From: a virus
Lineage: Duplodnaviria; Caudoviricetes
Direction: 5' to 3' (one strand)
Virus record (IMG/VR): IMGVR_UViG_3300036715_004481
Coordinates: 1 to 62,882 of that record
DNA: 62,882 bases
Shown in pieces: positions 28,606 to 40,300 of the stretch (its first letter is position 1; each line of letters begins with the position of its first letter). A program made the translations under genes and the position numbers. The notes under the pieces are model-generated. The model was not told where the DNA came from. It made no database searches and was given only the letters and a program-made list of their open reading frames with translations.

Positions 28606-29003
28606 AATTTAAAAATTATTTTTTATGTATATATTAATATATTTTTTGTAAAAAAATCATATTTTAATATTTTACTCAACATTATATATTAAATCTATTT
28701 TATGAAAAAAAATCAAAAAAACATGCAAGATTAATTCAAAAACATTTGGATAATTGAGTTATTTTTATTATTTTTGTTAAAGGTGAAAATAAAAAAAACA
28801 ACTAATTATTTAATATAGTTAAAGTATTGATTATCAGATTTTAACATTTTTTTTACAAAATAAATAAGAATTTAACTAAAAATGTCAAATATTTTTATTA
28901 AATTTGTAGAAGGAGATAAATATTAAAAAAATGTATTAAATAATTAAAAAAAAATATAAACAAAGAACAACTTTTATAATATATAATAAATTAAACTATA
29001 AAT

Positions 29004-29627
29004 ATGGGGAAAAACAATAATGAACTTGAGGTTCAATTCGAAGAAAGAACAGGAGTAAACTTTCAATTTTTTTACAAAAATCACAAACCAAAATTAATGT
29101 GGTATATCACAAAGTTCACAAAAGATGTTGAGATAGCCGAAGATCATGTAGAAGATGCTTTTATTCAGGCACTATTAAACATTAGTACTTATAAAAGACC
29201 AGATGAAGGTGGTGCACAAGTAAACACTTGGGTTTACAAGATTGCGGAGAACATCGTAAAAAAATCACACAAAGATAGTGAAAGATTACCAACAGATTCT
29301 TTAGATAAAGATATGGCAATAAATTTCAATCTATCCAATGTAGTACCGTATGAAGATGATAGAAAAGAAGCTGAGGAATATAATATATTCGTCAAAAAAG
29401 CAAACATTATTAAAGAAACAATATATGGCTTACCTGACAAAGACTCAAAATATAAAAAGGTTTTAATAATGAGGGAAATTGAGGGAATGGCATACAAAGA
29501 AATTTCAGATGAATTAAATATTAATCTTTCTACAATAAAATCACAAATCAAAAAAGGTAGAAACATAGTTAAAAAGAAAGTTTTAAAGAAATTTCAAGAA
29601 ATTGATTACAACGACACAGAAGAATGA
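29004..29627 (+). CDS. RNA polymerase sigma factor (sigma-70/ECF-like)
   Basis: AEDHVEDAFIQA, TWVYKIAEN, GMAYKEISDELNINLSTIKSQI region-4 HTH. Confidence 0.88.
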   Translation: MGKNNNELEVQFEERTGVNFQFFYKNHKPKLMWYITKFTKDVEIAEDHVEDAFIQALLNISTYKRPDEGGAQVNTWVYKIAENIVKKSHKDSERLPTDSLDKDMAINFNLSNVVPYEDDRKEAEEYNIFVKKANIIKETIYGLPDKDSKYKKVLIMREIEGMAYKEISDELNINLSTIKSQIKKGRNIVKKKVLKKFQEIDYNDTEE

Positions 29628-29866
29628 TATCCTACGAATCATCAAAATGGTACACAAAAATGTGGAGAAACAGATGGTATTTATATGCCATGTTTCTTCA
29701 CATAAAAAACTTTGTTGATATTCAGCTATGGTTAGACTATATTATACACAATCAACTTGAAGATCAAGATAAAAAAATTCTAAAAAATAAATGGAAAGAA
29801 ATAAAAAAACATGTTGAACTAAGTAAAATGTACAAATTCTCATCAAAAAACTATAGAGAAGATTAA
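29624..29866 (+). CDS. Hypothetical protein
   Basis: ATGA overlap with sigma gene. Confidence 0.55.
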   Translation: MISYESSKWYTKMWRNRWYLYAMFLHIKNFVDIQLWLDYIIHNQLEDQDKKILKNKWKEIKKHVELSKMYKFSSKNYRED

Positions 29867-29953
29867 AAAACCTTAAATATTTTCATATTTATTTTTTTAT
29901 TAAAAATAATATTATACTTTTGTATCAGATATTTATTTATAAAAAATAAAAAT

Positions 29954-30691
29954 ATGACTAACAAAAATTCAAACTACAGTTTCTCATCAAAAACTAAAAA
30001 CATCAAAAATATTTTCAACTCACCAGACTATAAAGATTATAAAGAAAAAAAAGTAAAAACACAAAAACGTAAAGAAACTATTTACAAAATCACGTCTATT
30101 AATAGTTCTACAGAAAGTGTAAAGTATTTAATAATAGCAAATGTTATTATATTTATAGTAAGTTTTTATTTAATACCAAACAGCATTAATGATTTTGCGC
30201 TATATAATATTACTAATAATAGTTTTCAACCTTGGCAAATTATAACATCCATGTTTCTACATGGAAGTATAATGCACATATTATTCAATATGCTTGCATT
30301 ATATTCAATAGGAAACGCTGTTGTTCAAACCATAGGTGATAAGAAATTTTTACAATTATATTTTCTCAGTGGAATTATAGGAGGAATATTATGTATGTTA
30401 TTCTGTTATAGTCCAGTTGTTGGTGCATCAGGCGCAATCTGTGGAGTATTATCAGCAATGGCTATTTTAGCACCAGACACAAAAATATATTTATTCTTTG
30501 TTATACCGTTAAATTTGAGAAAATTTACATATGGTTTTATGATATTCTCACTAATATTTGGTGTATTATCTATGATAAATCCAGCATATGGATTTGGTGT
30601 AGCACACTTCGGGCACTTAGGCGGATTAATTGGTGGATATGCTCTTACTTATTATTGGAAAAAGAAACATAATTATACATTATACAAATAA
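29954..30691 (+). CDS. Rhomboid intramembrane serine protease
   Basis: MFLHGSIMHILFNM, VGASGA, AHFGHLGG. Confidence 0.92.
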   Translation: MTNKNSNYSFSSKTKNIKNIFNSPDYKDYKEKKVKTQKRKETIYKITSINSSTESVKYLIIANVIIFIVSFYLIPNSINDFALYNITNNSFQPWQIITSMFLHGSIMHILFNMLALYSIGNAVVQTIGDKKFLQLYFLSGIIGGILCMLFCYSPVVGASGAICGVLSAMAILAPDTKIYLFFVIPLNLRKFTYGFMIFSLIFGVLSMINPAYGFGVAHFGHLGGLIGGYALTYYWKKKHNYTLYK

Positions 30692-30762
30692 TTAGAAAAT
30701 AAATATCAAATAAAAAATAGATAGATAAAGAAAAAAGAAGCATTAAATTATAAAGAAAAATT

Positions 30763-31062
30763 ATGAAAAAAATATTTTTTATATTATTACTGATAACAGC
30801 GCCATTATTTTGTATAAACAACGTTTCTACAATTTATGCTAAGCAGCAAACAAATACCGAAAAATTTATAAATGATATTGACACAATACAAAATAAAGTA
30901 GATACATCATATATTATAGTTAAAAAAATAGGTAAAATATTATCACAGGAAACAAAAACATATGGTTTAAAAAAAACAATACAAATAAATAGTCCGATAT
31001 TTGCACCAGCTTTCGTTTTTTTAGTATTATTTCTACTTTATTTGAAAGGAAGAAAAAAATAA
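30763..31062 (+). CDS. Small exported/membrane-anchored protein
   Basis: Signal peptide plus C-terminal TM and basic tail. Confidence 0.6.
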   Translation: MKKIFFILLLITAPLFCINNVSTIYAKQQTNTEKFINDIDTIQNKVDTSYIIVKKIGKILSQETKTYGLKKTIQINSPIFAPAFVFLVLFLLYLKGRKK

Positions 31063-31094
31063 TTTGGTGGTTTAATAAATAAATAGTATATTTG
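31063..31094 (+). promoter_or_regulatory. Bacteroidota-type promoter
   Basis: TTTG-N20-TATATTTG. Confidence 0.7.
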
Positions 31095-31118
31095 CACAAT
31101 AATTAAAAACAAAAAAAT

Positions 31119-32663
31119 ATGACAGATTTTTATAAACATGTAATCCCTGGACAAATGCACGAAAAGCTAACCGAAGCTGTCGTAGCAATGATGGCAACTG
31201 GTAATTTACCATACTATGGCGAATTTGCATTATTCATGAATTTTTATGAGACAAAAAACAATCCATATGTTCCTACAGCAGGTGTTAATGTTACATCAGC
31301 AGGTATGAACTTCTATTGGGATAGAAAGTTTATTGATAGCTTACCACAGTCAGAAATTAACTTCCTTTTATTACACGAAGAATTTCACTTATTATTTGAT
31401 CACATCAAACGTAGTGTTGGTTATGACCACCGCTCAGCAAACATTGTACAAGATATGATTATCAATCAAATTATATTTGATGATATCATGAAAAAGCAAG
31501 GACTTGGTTCTGGCTCAAAACCTTTTATTAGTATACCTAAAAATATGTTTGGTAAAAACAGTGCTCTTTTTATTCCAAAAGAATATAAAGGTGAAGAAAT
31601 CTTTGAAGATTTATACGAATGGTATGTAAACAAGAAAAGAGAATGGGAAGAAAAAAATAAGGAGAAAGTTCAGCAAATGAAAAAAGAAGCTGGAAAATGT
31701 CCTAAATGTGGTTCATCTATGGAACAAGGCGAACCTGATCAAAACCAAAAAGGAAATCAAAAAGGTAAAGGAAAAGGTGAAGAAGGTGAAGAAGGTGAAG
31801 GACAAGAATCTGAACAAGAAGGACAAGGTAATGGTAACAAATGTCCTAACTGCGGACACGAACACAACAATAACAAATCTCGTCAAGGACAGAAAGATAC
31901 TGCTGGAAATGACAGATATGGTAAGAACGGTAAAAATGATGCAGAATGCTATTCACTTGATACTATTTTTGAAGGTGAAGAAAGAGAAGAACAAAATACT
32001 CTTGATGTTCACTTAGGTGATGATATACCTCAAGAACTTAAACGTGAAATCGTTGAATCGGCTATGACAAGACTTAAAAATCGTGGATTGACTGCAGGTG
32101 ATGTAGAAGCTATTCTTAATAAACTTCGAAAAACTAAAAAAGATTATCTGAAAGAAATCAAACGTGCAATGAGTAGTCATGTTTTTGGTTCTAAAAAACA
32201 AAAAACAATTGTTCGTCCAAATCGTAGAGGTATTGCTGGATTAAAAGGTAACAAAAAATACAAAAACGAAATTAATGTTCTTCTTGATACATCTGGTAGT
32301 ATGAGCGGAAGTTTTGAAAAAGTTTTATCATATATTTTTCAGAATGACATCACAATTAACTTAATTCAAGTTGATGCGAAAGTTCAACAAGTTGTGAAAA
32401 TTCAAAACAAAAAAGAGCTTGAAAAGATGCGCATAATGGGTCTCGGCGGGACTTCATTAATGCCAGGTATAGACTTCATAACAGATAAAAAGAACAAGTT
32501 GTACATGTTTGCAAATGTGATTTTAACTGACGGATATACTGACAGTTTAAATTTTAAAGATGTGAAAACCAAGACTTTAATATTATCTACTTCAGAAAAA
32601 TGTCCAATAGAATTTGATAATGGTAGAGTCAAGCAAATCACAAATATTGATAAGCAAGATTAA
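31119..32663 (+). CDS. Metallopeptidase-like + vWA domain protein (DUF2201-like)
   Basis: LLHEEFH, LLDTSGSM MIDAS, GGT, ILTDGY. Confidence 0.85.
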   Translation: MTDFYKHVIPGQMHEKLTEAVVAMMATGNLPYYGEFALFMNFYETKNNPYVPTAGVNVTSAGMNFYWDRKFIDSLPQSEINFLLLHEEFHLLFDHIKRSVGYDHRSANIVQDMIINQIIFDDIMKKQGLGSGSKPFISIPKNMFGKNSALFIPKEYKGEEIFEDLYEWYVNKKREWEEKNKEKVQQMKKEAGKCPKCGSSMEQGEPDQNQKGNQKGKGKGEEGEEGEGQESEQEGQGNGNKCPNCGHEHNNNKSRQGQKDTAGNDRYGKNGKNDAECYSLDTIFEGEEREEQNTLDVHLGDDIPQELKREIVESAMTRLKNRGLTAGDVEAILNKLRKTKKDYLKEIKRAMSSHVFGSKKQKTIVRPNRRGIAGLKGNKKYKNEINVLLDTSGSMSGSFEKVLSYIFQNDITINLIQVDAKVQQVVKIQNKKELEKMRIMGLGGTSLMPGIDFITDKKNKLYMFANVILTDGYTDSLNFKDVKTKTLILSTSEKCPIEFDNGRVKQITNIDKQD

Positions 32664-32742
32664 AAAACAAATAAAATCCAAATTTTTTAAATTTGGATTT
32701 TATTTTTATATTTATTCTCAGTTAAACGTACTTTTTGACAAT

Positions 32743-32940
32743 TTATTGTATTTTTAATAAAACACAAATTTTCAATACTATCAATTTCATAAACCGAATT
32801 ATTATTAAAAAACCATAATAACAGCTAATTTTATGATCCATAGTAGGATAGTTTTTATCGTTTGAATACAAACAAAAATTATCCTTAATATATTCACCAT
32901 CATAATAATCATATCCATCCCAATTTTCAAGCAAATCTTT
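32743..32940 (-). pseudogene. HNH endonuclease remnant
   Basis: WDGYDYYDGE...YPTMDHKISCYYGF then frameshift. Confidence 0.5.
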
Positions 32941-33202
32941 TTTTATAAATAATTTCATTATTTCTTGTACAATCAAAAAAATAGTAGTATATTTGCAATC
33001 TAATTAAAAATAAAATTTATTAAACTATTTAATTATTTTTGAAAAAGCACAACAGTTATAATATTTAATAAATCTGTTATAGAATTTGGTGTATTCATTC
33101 TAACTATATTATTATTTGTTAGAATATTAATTAAACTTGATTATTTCAATATAATATCATTAAATCACAATTAAAAAATTAAAAAACAAAAAATTTTAAA
33201 AT

Positions 33203-34207
33203 ATGAACAAGAAAAAAAATATTCTAAATTTATTCACTCAAGACACTCAGTACAACTATCATGTTGTTAAAACAACTGAACCTGATGGACATTTGGTTTA
33301 TTTAATGAGAAACGGTTTAGAACTAAACACAGACTCATTAGAATTCAAACCGACATCTATTGCTGAAGAACTTGTTAAAGAATGCGATGTAAAAATTGAA
33401 AAATTTGCACCATCGATATTCTTCACAGAAGAAACAGATACTGATGAATTGAAAATAAAACTCAATTTTAAACTTTACGACTCAAAAGATTTTTCAAATT
33501 TTATTGAAGAAGTTAAAGATGAATATAGAATTCTAGAAGTTAAAGACTCTATGTTGTATAAGAATGATCCTGAGTCTTATAAAGCGTCTAAACAGAAAGA
33601 GCATGATGAACATCAAAAAGAACTTTTTGGTAATTATATTAAGCAACTTGAAGAAAAAAAGAAAAAGAGAGAAGATTATCTTATAGCATACAATAACGAT
33701 TTGACAAAATTACTTAAAGAGCATTTTGAAAGTGTTATTGAATATGAAAAGAGAGACTTCAATTTTCATTCTGAACTTGAAAAATTATTAGGTAATCTTG
33801 TAGACGATGAAACGTGGATTAAAGTTGATGATAAACCATTTTCGTGTAATGTAAAAGTTTGTTCAATAGAACAAGATAAAATGAATGTTTTCTTAACAGA
33901 TAAAAATGAGTATTCATTTACTGCAACATTAAGGTTTGATAAAACTTTACTTTTAACAGAAAATATTGTTAAAATAAATAAAGGTGATAGTCTACCAAAA
34001 ATTATGCAAGATTTTGAAGTGTTATCGCAAATATATGATATTAATACTAGTTCAGTTAATGATTGGGAATTTAAAAATGATACTGATAAAATTGAATATA
34101 TTATAGACTATCTGGTTCCAATTTTTAAATTGGAAAAAGACAGAAAACAAGAAGAATATCTCAAATCTTTTGATGAAGATGAAGATGAAGATTTAGAAAA
34201 AGAATAA
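33203..34207 (+). CDS. Hypothetical protein
   Basis: 334-aa ORF between vWA and AAA genes. Confidence 0.65.
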   Translation: MNKKKNILNLFTQDTQYNYHVVKTTEPDGHLVYLMRNGLELNTDSLEFKPTSIAEELVKECDVKIEKFAPSIFFTEETDTDELKIKLNFKLYDSKDFSNFIEEVKDEYRILEVKDSMLYKNDPESYKASKQKEHDEHQKELFGNYIKQLEEKKKKREDYLIAYNNDLTKLLKEHFESVIEYEKRDFNFHSELEKLLGNLVDDETWIKVDDKPFSCNVKVCSIEQDKMNVFLTDKNEYSFTATLRFDKTLLLTENIVKINKGDSLPKIMQDFEVLSQIYDINTSSVNDWEFKNDTDKIEYIIDYLVPIFKLEKDRKQEEYLKSFDEDEDEDLEKE

Positions 34208-34243
34208 TAATAGTTAAAAAACAAAAAAATAATAAGAATATAT

Positions 34244-34274
34244 TTTGATATATGGAAAAAAAGATATATCTTTG
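34244..34274 (+). promoter_or_regulatory. Bacteroidota-type promoter
   Basis: TTTG-N19-TATCTTTG. Confidence 0.7.
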
Positions 34275-34322
34275 TATTATAATTAAAGCAAATAAAAAAT
34301 CGTAAAATTAAAACAAGTAATT

Positions 34323-35585
34323 ATGACAGAAAAAAATGGCAAATTTGGAAACGCTATCAAATTTGAAGAAGCAAACAATTTCCCAGAAGGTTTCAGTTCT
34401 CTATCTGATAGAGAAAAACGATACTTCAAAATTATGAATGCAAAGAGTGGTGTTCTTTATATTACATCGGCACCAGGCTATGCGAAATCAGCAATTATTA
34501 GAAATATCGCTAGAAAATTAGGATGCCAGTATTTTGATATTCGGTTATCAATGGTTGATGAAACTGACGTTGGTTTGTTTCCTGATATTGATAAAGTTGA
34601 AATCAATGGTCAAACAAAAAAGATGTTAGCACACGTTGCACCTAAATGGGCATATATGGCAAACGAAAAACCAACTATCATTCACTTTGAAGAGTTGAAC
34701 CGTTCTACACTTGCTGTACGAAATGCCGCTTTACAGATGCTTCTTGAACGAGAAATCGGTACATTTTTCAAATTTAATGATAATGTTATGATGTGTTCTT
34801 CTGGTAACTTAGGTGAAGAAGACGGCACTGACGTTGAAGAATTTGACCAGGCGCTTAATAACCGTTTGATTCATATTGAACATCAACTTCCTTATCCAGA
34901 ATGGGTAGAAAATTATGCAGATCAAAATGTTTGTCCAGTAATCGTTCAGTTTTTGAAAACACATACTGAACATTATTACAAGAAACCAGATCAGCAAAAT
35001 CAACGAAACAAAGCTTACGCTACACCTCGTTCTTGGACTTTCCTTTCTGATTACATTTTCGCAAACTTTGGTGAGTATACTGAAAGACTTGACAGCTCTG
35101 GTAACACAATCACCAATCTTGATGGAACAAATAAGAAATTCAAAAAATTTCCAAATGTTCGTACTTGGATTAATGATATCAAAGAAATCGGGCACGGTTA
35201 TGTTGGAGCTTCAAATGCAAGATTTATAAGATATTGTGAAGATACTCTTAAAATCACACTTGATGATATTCTTAACAGATATGATGAAATTGAAGATGAT
35301 ATTAAAAACTTCAACAGAGATAAGAAATCTGAATTGCTTACCAACATGAAAGAACGTAAAATCTCTCAGTTGAAAGTAAAAGAAGTTGAAAACCTTGTAA
35401 AATTCCTTCAAATCATCTCTGATGATGAAGTTATTGGTTATTTGCTTCACGTACTTGATGCTGAATATACATTATCTGAAGATAATAAGGATAATAGAGC
35501 AGCTGAAAAGTTCCTTGCTGATAAACGCTTCAACAAATTTAGAGAAGCTATGATGAAGCACGTTGATGATGATGATGAAAAATAA
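34323..35585 (+). CDS. MoxR-like AAA+ ATPase
   Basis: SAPGYAKS Walker A variant, IIHFEELNR, ALNNRL, ATPRSW. Confidence 0.85.
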   Translation: MTEKNGKFGNAIKFEEANNFPEGFSSLSDREKRYFKIMNAKSGVLYITSAPGYAKSAIIRNIARKLGCQYFDIRLSMVDETDVGLFPDIDKVEINGQTKKMLAHVAPKWAYMANEKPTIIHFEELNRSTLAVRNAALQMLLEREIGTFFKFNDNVMMCSSGNLGEEDGTDVEEFDQALNNRLIHIEHQLPYPEWVENYADQNVCPVIVQFLKTHTEHYYKKPDQQNQRNKAYATPRSWTFLSDYIFANFGEYTERLDSSGNTITNLDGTNKKFKKFPNVRTWINDIKEIGHGYVGASNARFIRYCEDTLKITLDDILNRYDEIEDDIKNFNRDKKSELLTNMKERKISQLKVKEVENLVKFLQIISDDEVIGYLLHVLDAEYTLSEDNKDNRAAEKFLADKRFNKFREAMMKHVDDDDEK

Positions 35586-35602
35586 TCATCAACAAAATAA
35601 AG

Positions 35603-35639
35603 ATTATAGCCGTTCATTTTGAATGGCTATAATTTTTTT
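35603..35639 (+). terminator. Intrinsic terminator
   Basis: ATTATAGCCGTTCA/TGAATGGCTATAAT plus T tract. Confidence 0.75.
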
Positions 35640-35672
35640 AAAATTAAAAAAAAATAAAAAAGCTAACTTAAA

Positions 35673-36869
35673 TTAATCAGTTAGCTTTTTTATTTCTATT
35701 ACTTTTTTAATAGCATCTGTAACATCTTTAGGCTGAATAGCTTTAGAACAAACATAATCATTATTCTTAGGACAAAATTTCCAATCAAAAGGATTATATG
35801 TTATGTTAGAATCATGCCAGCAGCCATTACAAACAGAAGAATTAAAAACTCTGAAATTATTGCGTTTAAACTCATTAAAAGGTTTTGTGAATCCACTTAT
35901 CATAACAACTGGAGTACCAACACCCCAACAAACCCAAGCCAATCCTGAGCTAATTGTTATCATCATATCTGCATATTTCATATCAACTATTCTATCTTCT
36001 AAAGGATAATTGCCAGTTTTATCTATAACGTATTTTGATTTTGGTGCTTGATTATAACTACCTTGAACACCAAAATTTTTATTTTTATCTATCAACACAA
36101 CTTTATAACCATTTCTACCAAGAAAATCAAAAACTCTTTCCCAACCAAAAGGATTGTTCCAATATTTTAATTGAGCTGTAGATTGCATTGCAACAACAAC
36201 ATATTTACCTTTAATTTTAGGTGCTGAATTTTCTGGAATATTAATTTTTGGTACAACTTCTTCATCAGGTAATCCTAATATCATAGGTGCAATACTCTGA
36301 AGTGATTTTGTTCTATAATCAAAATAGCCAACACAGTTATTGTATTTTTTGTTCTCTATATACCATGAGTCTGGAGACAAAACACCATTTAAAATATATA
36401 ATTCAGGTCCATAGTCTATTTTAAATTTTTTATCAACATCAGTTATATAATCTGAATTTGAAATATCTGTAAATATGACATCTGGATATACTTTATCAAA
36501 CAATTTATTATGTGAAGTATGAACAATAACTTTTACATTATTAATTTTTCTATATTCATCAACATAAGGAATCCAAGCAACAGTATCACCTATAGAATCA
36601 GAACCAAACAAAATATAAACACTATTAAACTTGTTATTTTTATTTCTATCAAAAACGACAACATTATTTGATGTTACTTTTATAGATATATTTTTATCAT
36701 CAATATCATTCAACTTTGACCAATGATTAACTCGTAAAATAGAAGAATATTCAACATAATTTGTATCTAAATCTATAAAATCAACAGTATATTCATTCAT
36801 ATCAGATTCATCACCTAATATTTCTAAAAATGCGGAATTGTCATTAAAGTTCGTTAGAAATTTTGTCAT
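35673..36869 (-). CDS. Glycosyltransferase, Aah/TibC heptosyltransferase-like
   Basis: SIGDTVAWIPY, QSTAQLKYWNNP.GW, ISSGLAW..W.VGTPVVMISGFT, CNGCW...CP...C.K.I. Confidence 0.8.
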   Translation of the reverse strand: MTKFLTNFNDNSAFLEILGDESDMNEYTVDFIDLDTNYVEYSSILRVNHWSKLNDIDDKNISIKVTSNNVVVFDRNKNNKFNSVYILFGSDSIGDTVAWIPYVDEYRKINNVKVIVHTSHNKLFDKVYPDVIFTDISNSDYITDVDKKFKIDYGPELYILNGVLSPDSWYIENKKYNNCVGYFDYRTKSLQSIAPMILGLPDEEVVPKINIPENSAPKIKGKYVVVAMQSTAQLKYWNNPFGWERVFDFLGRNGYKVVLIDKNKNFGVQGSYNQAPKSKYVIDKTGNYPLEDRIVDMKYADMMITISSGLAWVCWGVGTPVVMISGFTKPFNEFKRNNFRVFNSSVCNGCWHDSNITYNPFDWKFCPKNNDYVCSKAIQPKDVTDAIKKVIEIKKLTD

Positions 36870-37114
36870 TATGAAATATCAATTTTATCTATAAATGTCT
36901 TTATATCATCTACTTTTAATCTTTTACCAGAAGAAACAACATTATCATTAATCACTAATGCTGGAAGGTTCATAACTCTATATTTTACAATTTCTTGGAT
37001 ATCTTCTTCCTTAATAACTTCAGCATCAATATTAAATTTATTTAAAGTAAACCTAACAGTGTTTTCTAATGCTTTGCAATTTGAACATCCAGTTCCTAAT
37101 ATTTTTATAATCAT
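36869..37114 (-). CDS. Small thioredoxin-like redox disulfide protein
   Basis: IKILGTGCSNC...PALVIN. Confidence 0.85.
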   Translation of the reverse strand: MIIKILGTGCSNCKALENTVRFTLNKFNIDAEVIKEEDIQEIVKYRVMNLPALVINDNVVSSGKRLKVDDIKTFIDKIDIS

Positions 37115-37134
37115 ATTAATTTATAATTTATTAT

Positions 37135-37271
37135 ACTGCTTATACCTTTCGATAAAGGTTAAAAAGGACAACAGTCATTATTTCAATGAATTATCTTCGA
37201 TTTCGTCATTTTTATAAATGCTTGAAATATATGCTATTAGCAAAAACACTTAACCGAAGTGAATAAGCAGT
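37135..37271. ncRNA. Candidate structured RNA
   Basis: Closed by ACTGCTTAT/ATAAGCAGT with several internal hairpins. Confidence 0.35.
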
Positions 37272-37312
37272 TTTATTATTTTAAAAAATGAGGATATTAT
37301 ATTGATTATCAA

Positions 37313-40300
37313 CTAGTCACATTTTGACCAAGAACAATCCAAACACGACTTGCACCCATTTTCATATTTTAATGCGTGTGAACCACAATCTGGGCAAACT
37401 TCACCAGATACTGTAGAATTAATATATTTCTTTATAATTCTTTTTACACCGCTTTTCCATGTTCCAAATGCAGCATTATCAGATAATTGTAAACTATCAA
37501 TAAGGGCAATAACGCTTGGTAAATGTATTCTATGTCTTAAAAAGGCAGATAAAAGTTTACTTGTGTTCCAGAATTCTCTATCAAAGGCTCTATTAAGTCC
37601 TTCCATAGTTATATTATAGCCATCTTTATCTTTATAAATAAAGTCATATCTACTCTTACCGTCTTCATCTTTAAATTTTACAATTTCTCCTTTTTCAATA
37701 TTCTGAGGAATAAAGAATGCATCAGATAATCCTGTAAATAATTCATATGGATATTTTTGTCCTTTTTCATCTAACATTAAACCTAAAAATCCAATCCATT
37801 TTTCTTTGTTGTTAGTGAATCTAACAACTTCACATTCCAATCTTTTTGGTCTAGGTTTAGCGTTATTTTCTTGTACTTCTTGTACAGCATTTTTAGTTGT
37901 TCCTTCATTTGACATAATAACGCCTTGTCTTGAACCATCACGATAAACTGTTATACCTTTACATCCACTTTTCCATCCAGTTTCATATACCTTTGAAACT
38001 AGTTCTTCAGTTGCAGAATTTGGTAAATTTACAGTTACTGATATTGAATGATCAACATATTTTTGAACGCTACCTTGCATTTTAACTTTCTCAACCCAAT
38101 CAACATCGTTCGCTGTTGCTTTAAAATATGGAGATTTTTCTATAATTGATTTCAATTCAGAATCTTTCATAGATTTAACTAAATTAACATCATAATTATT
38201 AACATTAAGCCAAGTTTCAAACTTATGATGAAAAACATTATATTCTTCCCATTTTACACCTTCAGCATCAATATAGTCAACTTTTCCATTTTTATCACTA
38301 GGATTTATTTTTCTACGTCTCTTATAAGAAACCATATATGCTGGTTCTATACCTGATGTTGTTTGAGATAAAATTGAAACTGAACCAGTAGGAGCGATAG
38401 TAAGTAATGCAATATTTCGTCTGCCATATTCTTTCAACATTCTATCCAATTCTGGATCATCATTTTTTAATCTTGAAATAAAAGGATTATTAAGTTCTTT
38501 ATTATAATCATAGATAGGAAAAGAACCTCTTTCTTTTGCCATAATAGCAGAAGATTTGTATGCGCCAATAGCTAATTTTTTATGAACTTCAGTTGAAAAA
38601 TTTGTAGCATCTTTTGTACCATAAATTAATCCAAGAGCAGCTAACATATCACCTTCAGCTGTTATACCTAAGCCTGTTCTACGACCAGTTATTGCCATAT
38701 TTTTTATTTTAATCCAAGTGTCTCTCTCAACTCTTTTAGTGTGTTCATTTTCTGGATCCAATTCAATCTTTTCAAGTATTTTTTCAATTTTTTCTAATTC
38801 AAGATCAACAATATCATCCATAAATCTTTCAGCATATATAACATGCTCATTAAATAAATTCCAATCAAAATATGCATCTGGTGTAAACGGATTAACAACA
38901 TAACTATAAAGATTAATAGCCAATAACCTACAAGAATCATATGGGGATAAAGTTATTTCGCCACAATTTTTCACACATATGCCACCAGATGTAATATATT
39001 TATCATCCTCTGTTTTTGTAATAACATTATAATTGTGATTATCATCAACCGTAATATTATAAACATCTTCATATCCATAAAAATTAACACTAACAACTTT
39101 ATGATTAGTAACAACTTGATTTTTGAAATTTGCAAAATTTTCAAATCTAAAATCATTCCATAATGATTGAGGTAAATTATTTTCCTTAGCATATTTTATC
39201 CAACTTCTTGATGTAAAATTTCCATCTTTTTCAAAAAGATTTCTAGCGTGTTTTAATATTTCATTGTTTGATATGTTTATATTTTTTGTATTTTTTTCGC
39301 CAGGATGAGAAGCAAATTTAAATTTTTGTTCCTTAGTTAAACTAAAATATGGATTATTTTTTCCTCTGATTCTATCTGAATGTAAATTTTGATGTTCATC
39401 TCTTGTCATAAGTTTCAAATTATCTATATTATCATTCTGATTATCAAAGTCAGAGTGATGAATATTATATAATTTATAATCTATTCCTAAACCTTTATAA
39501 AATTCATTAATTAATCTATATTGTCTTCTATTTCTAAATCTACCTCCTGACATTTTTTCTCCAGTTTGCGCAATTTGTCTATATCCTTTATTAGAATTAA
39601 AAGAATAAAATGATGAAATAGAATCATTTGGTAATAAATCTTTCAATTCTTTATATGTATTATCTTTTAAATATATTTTATGATCAGGTGTTGCAATAAA
39701 TTCTGAATCATCATCAAGAATTAATTTCCAAACTTCTTTTTTAACTCCTGTTAATCTAGGATTTCTACCCATCTTTATTTCAATTTTACCTTCTTTATTA
39801 GTAGAATATACTGGCACATCTTTACCTTCTTCTACTAATTGTCTAATACTAACCGCATTTCTACCATCAGCAACTGCAATCAATGAATCACCAACTATAC
39901 ACGGATTCGTTGAAACAGTTTTAAACCCATGTTCTTGATAGCAATCTGGCACAGAATCTCTCATGATAGTGTCCCAAAAAAGGACACCTGGTTCAGCAGA
40001 TTTCCAAGCATTATGTATAATTTTCTTCCACAATTTTTGAGCATCAATTTCTTTTGTTACATAAGGATCAATAGAATCTATAGGATACAATTGTGTAAAC
40101 ATTTTAGCATTCATAGCAGCTTCCATAAAACTATCAGAAATTTTAATTGATATGTTAGCACCAGTTACTTTACCATCTTCCAATTTAGCATCAATAAAAC
40201 TTTCTGAATCAGGATGTTGTATTGAGCAAGTTAACATCAATGCTCCCCTTCTTCCGCCTTGTGCAACCTCATTTGTAGAATTAGAATATCTGCTCATAAA

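Noticed and set aside
37135-37271. Cobalamin riboswitch linked to nrdJ
   Set aside because: Lies downstream of nrdJ and lacks a recognisable B12 box.
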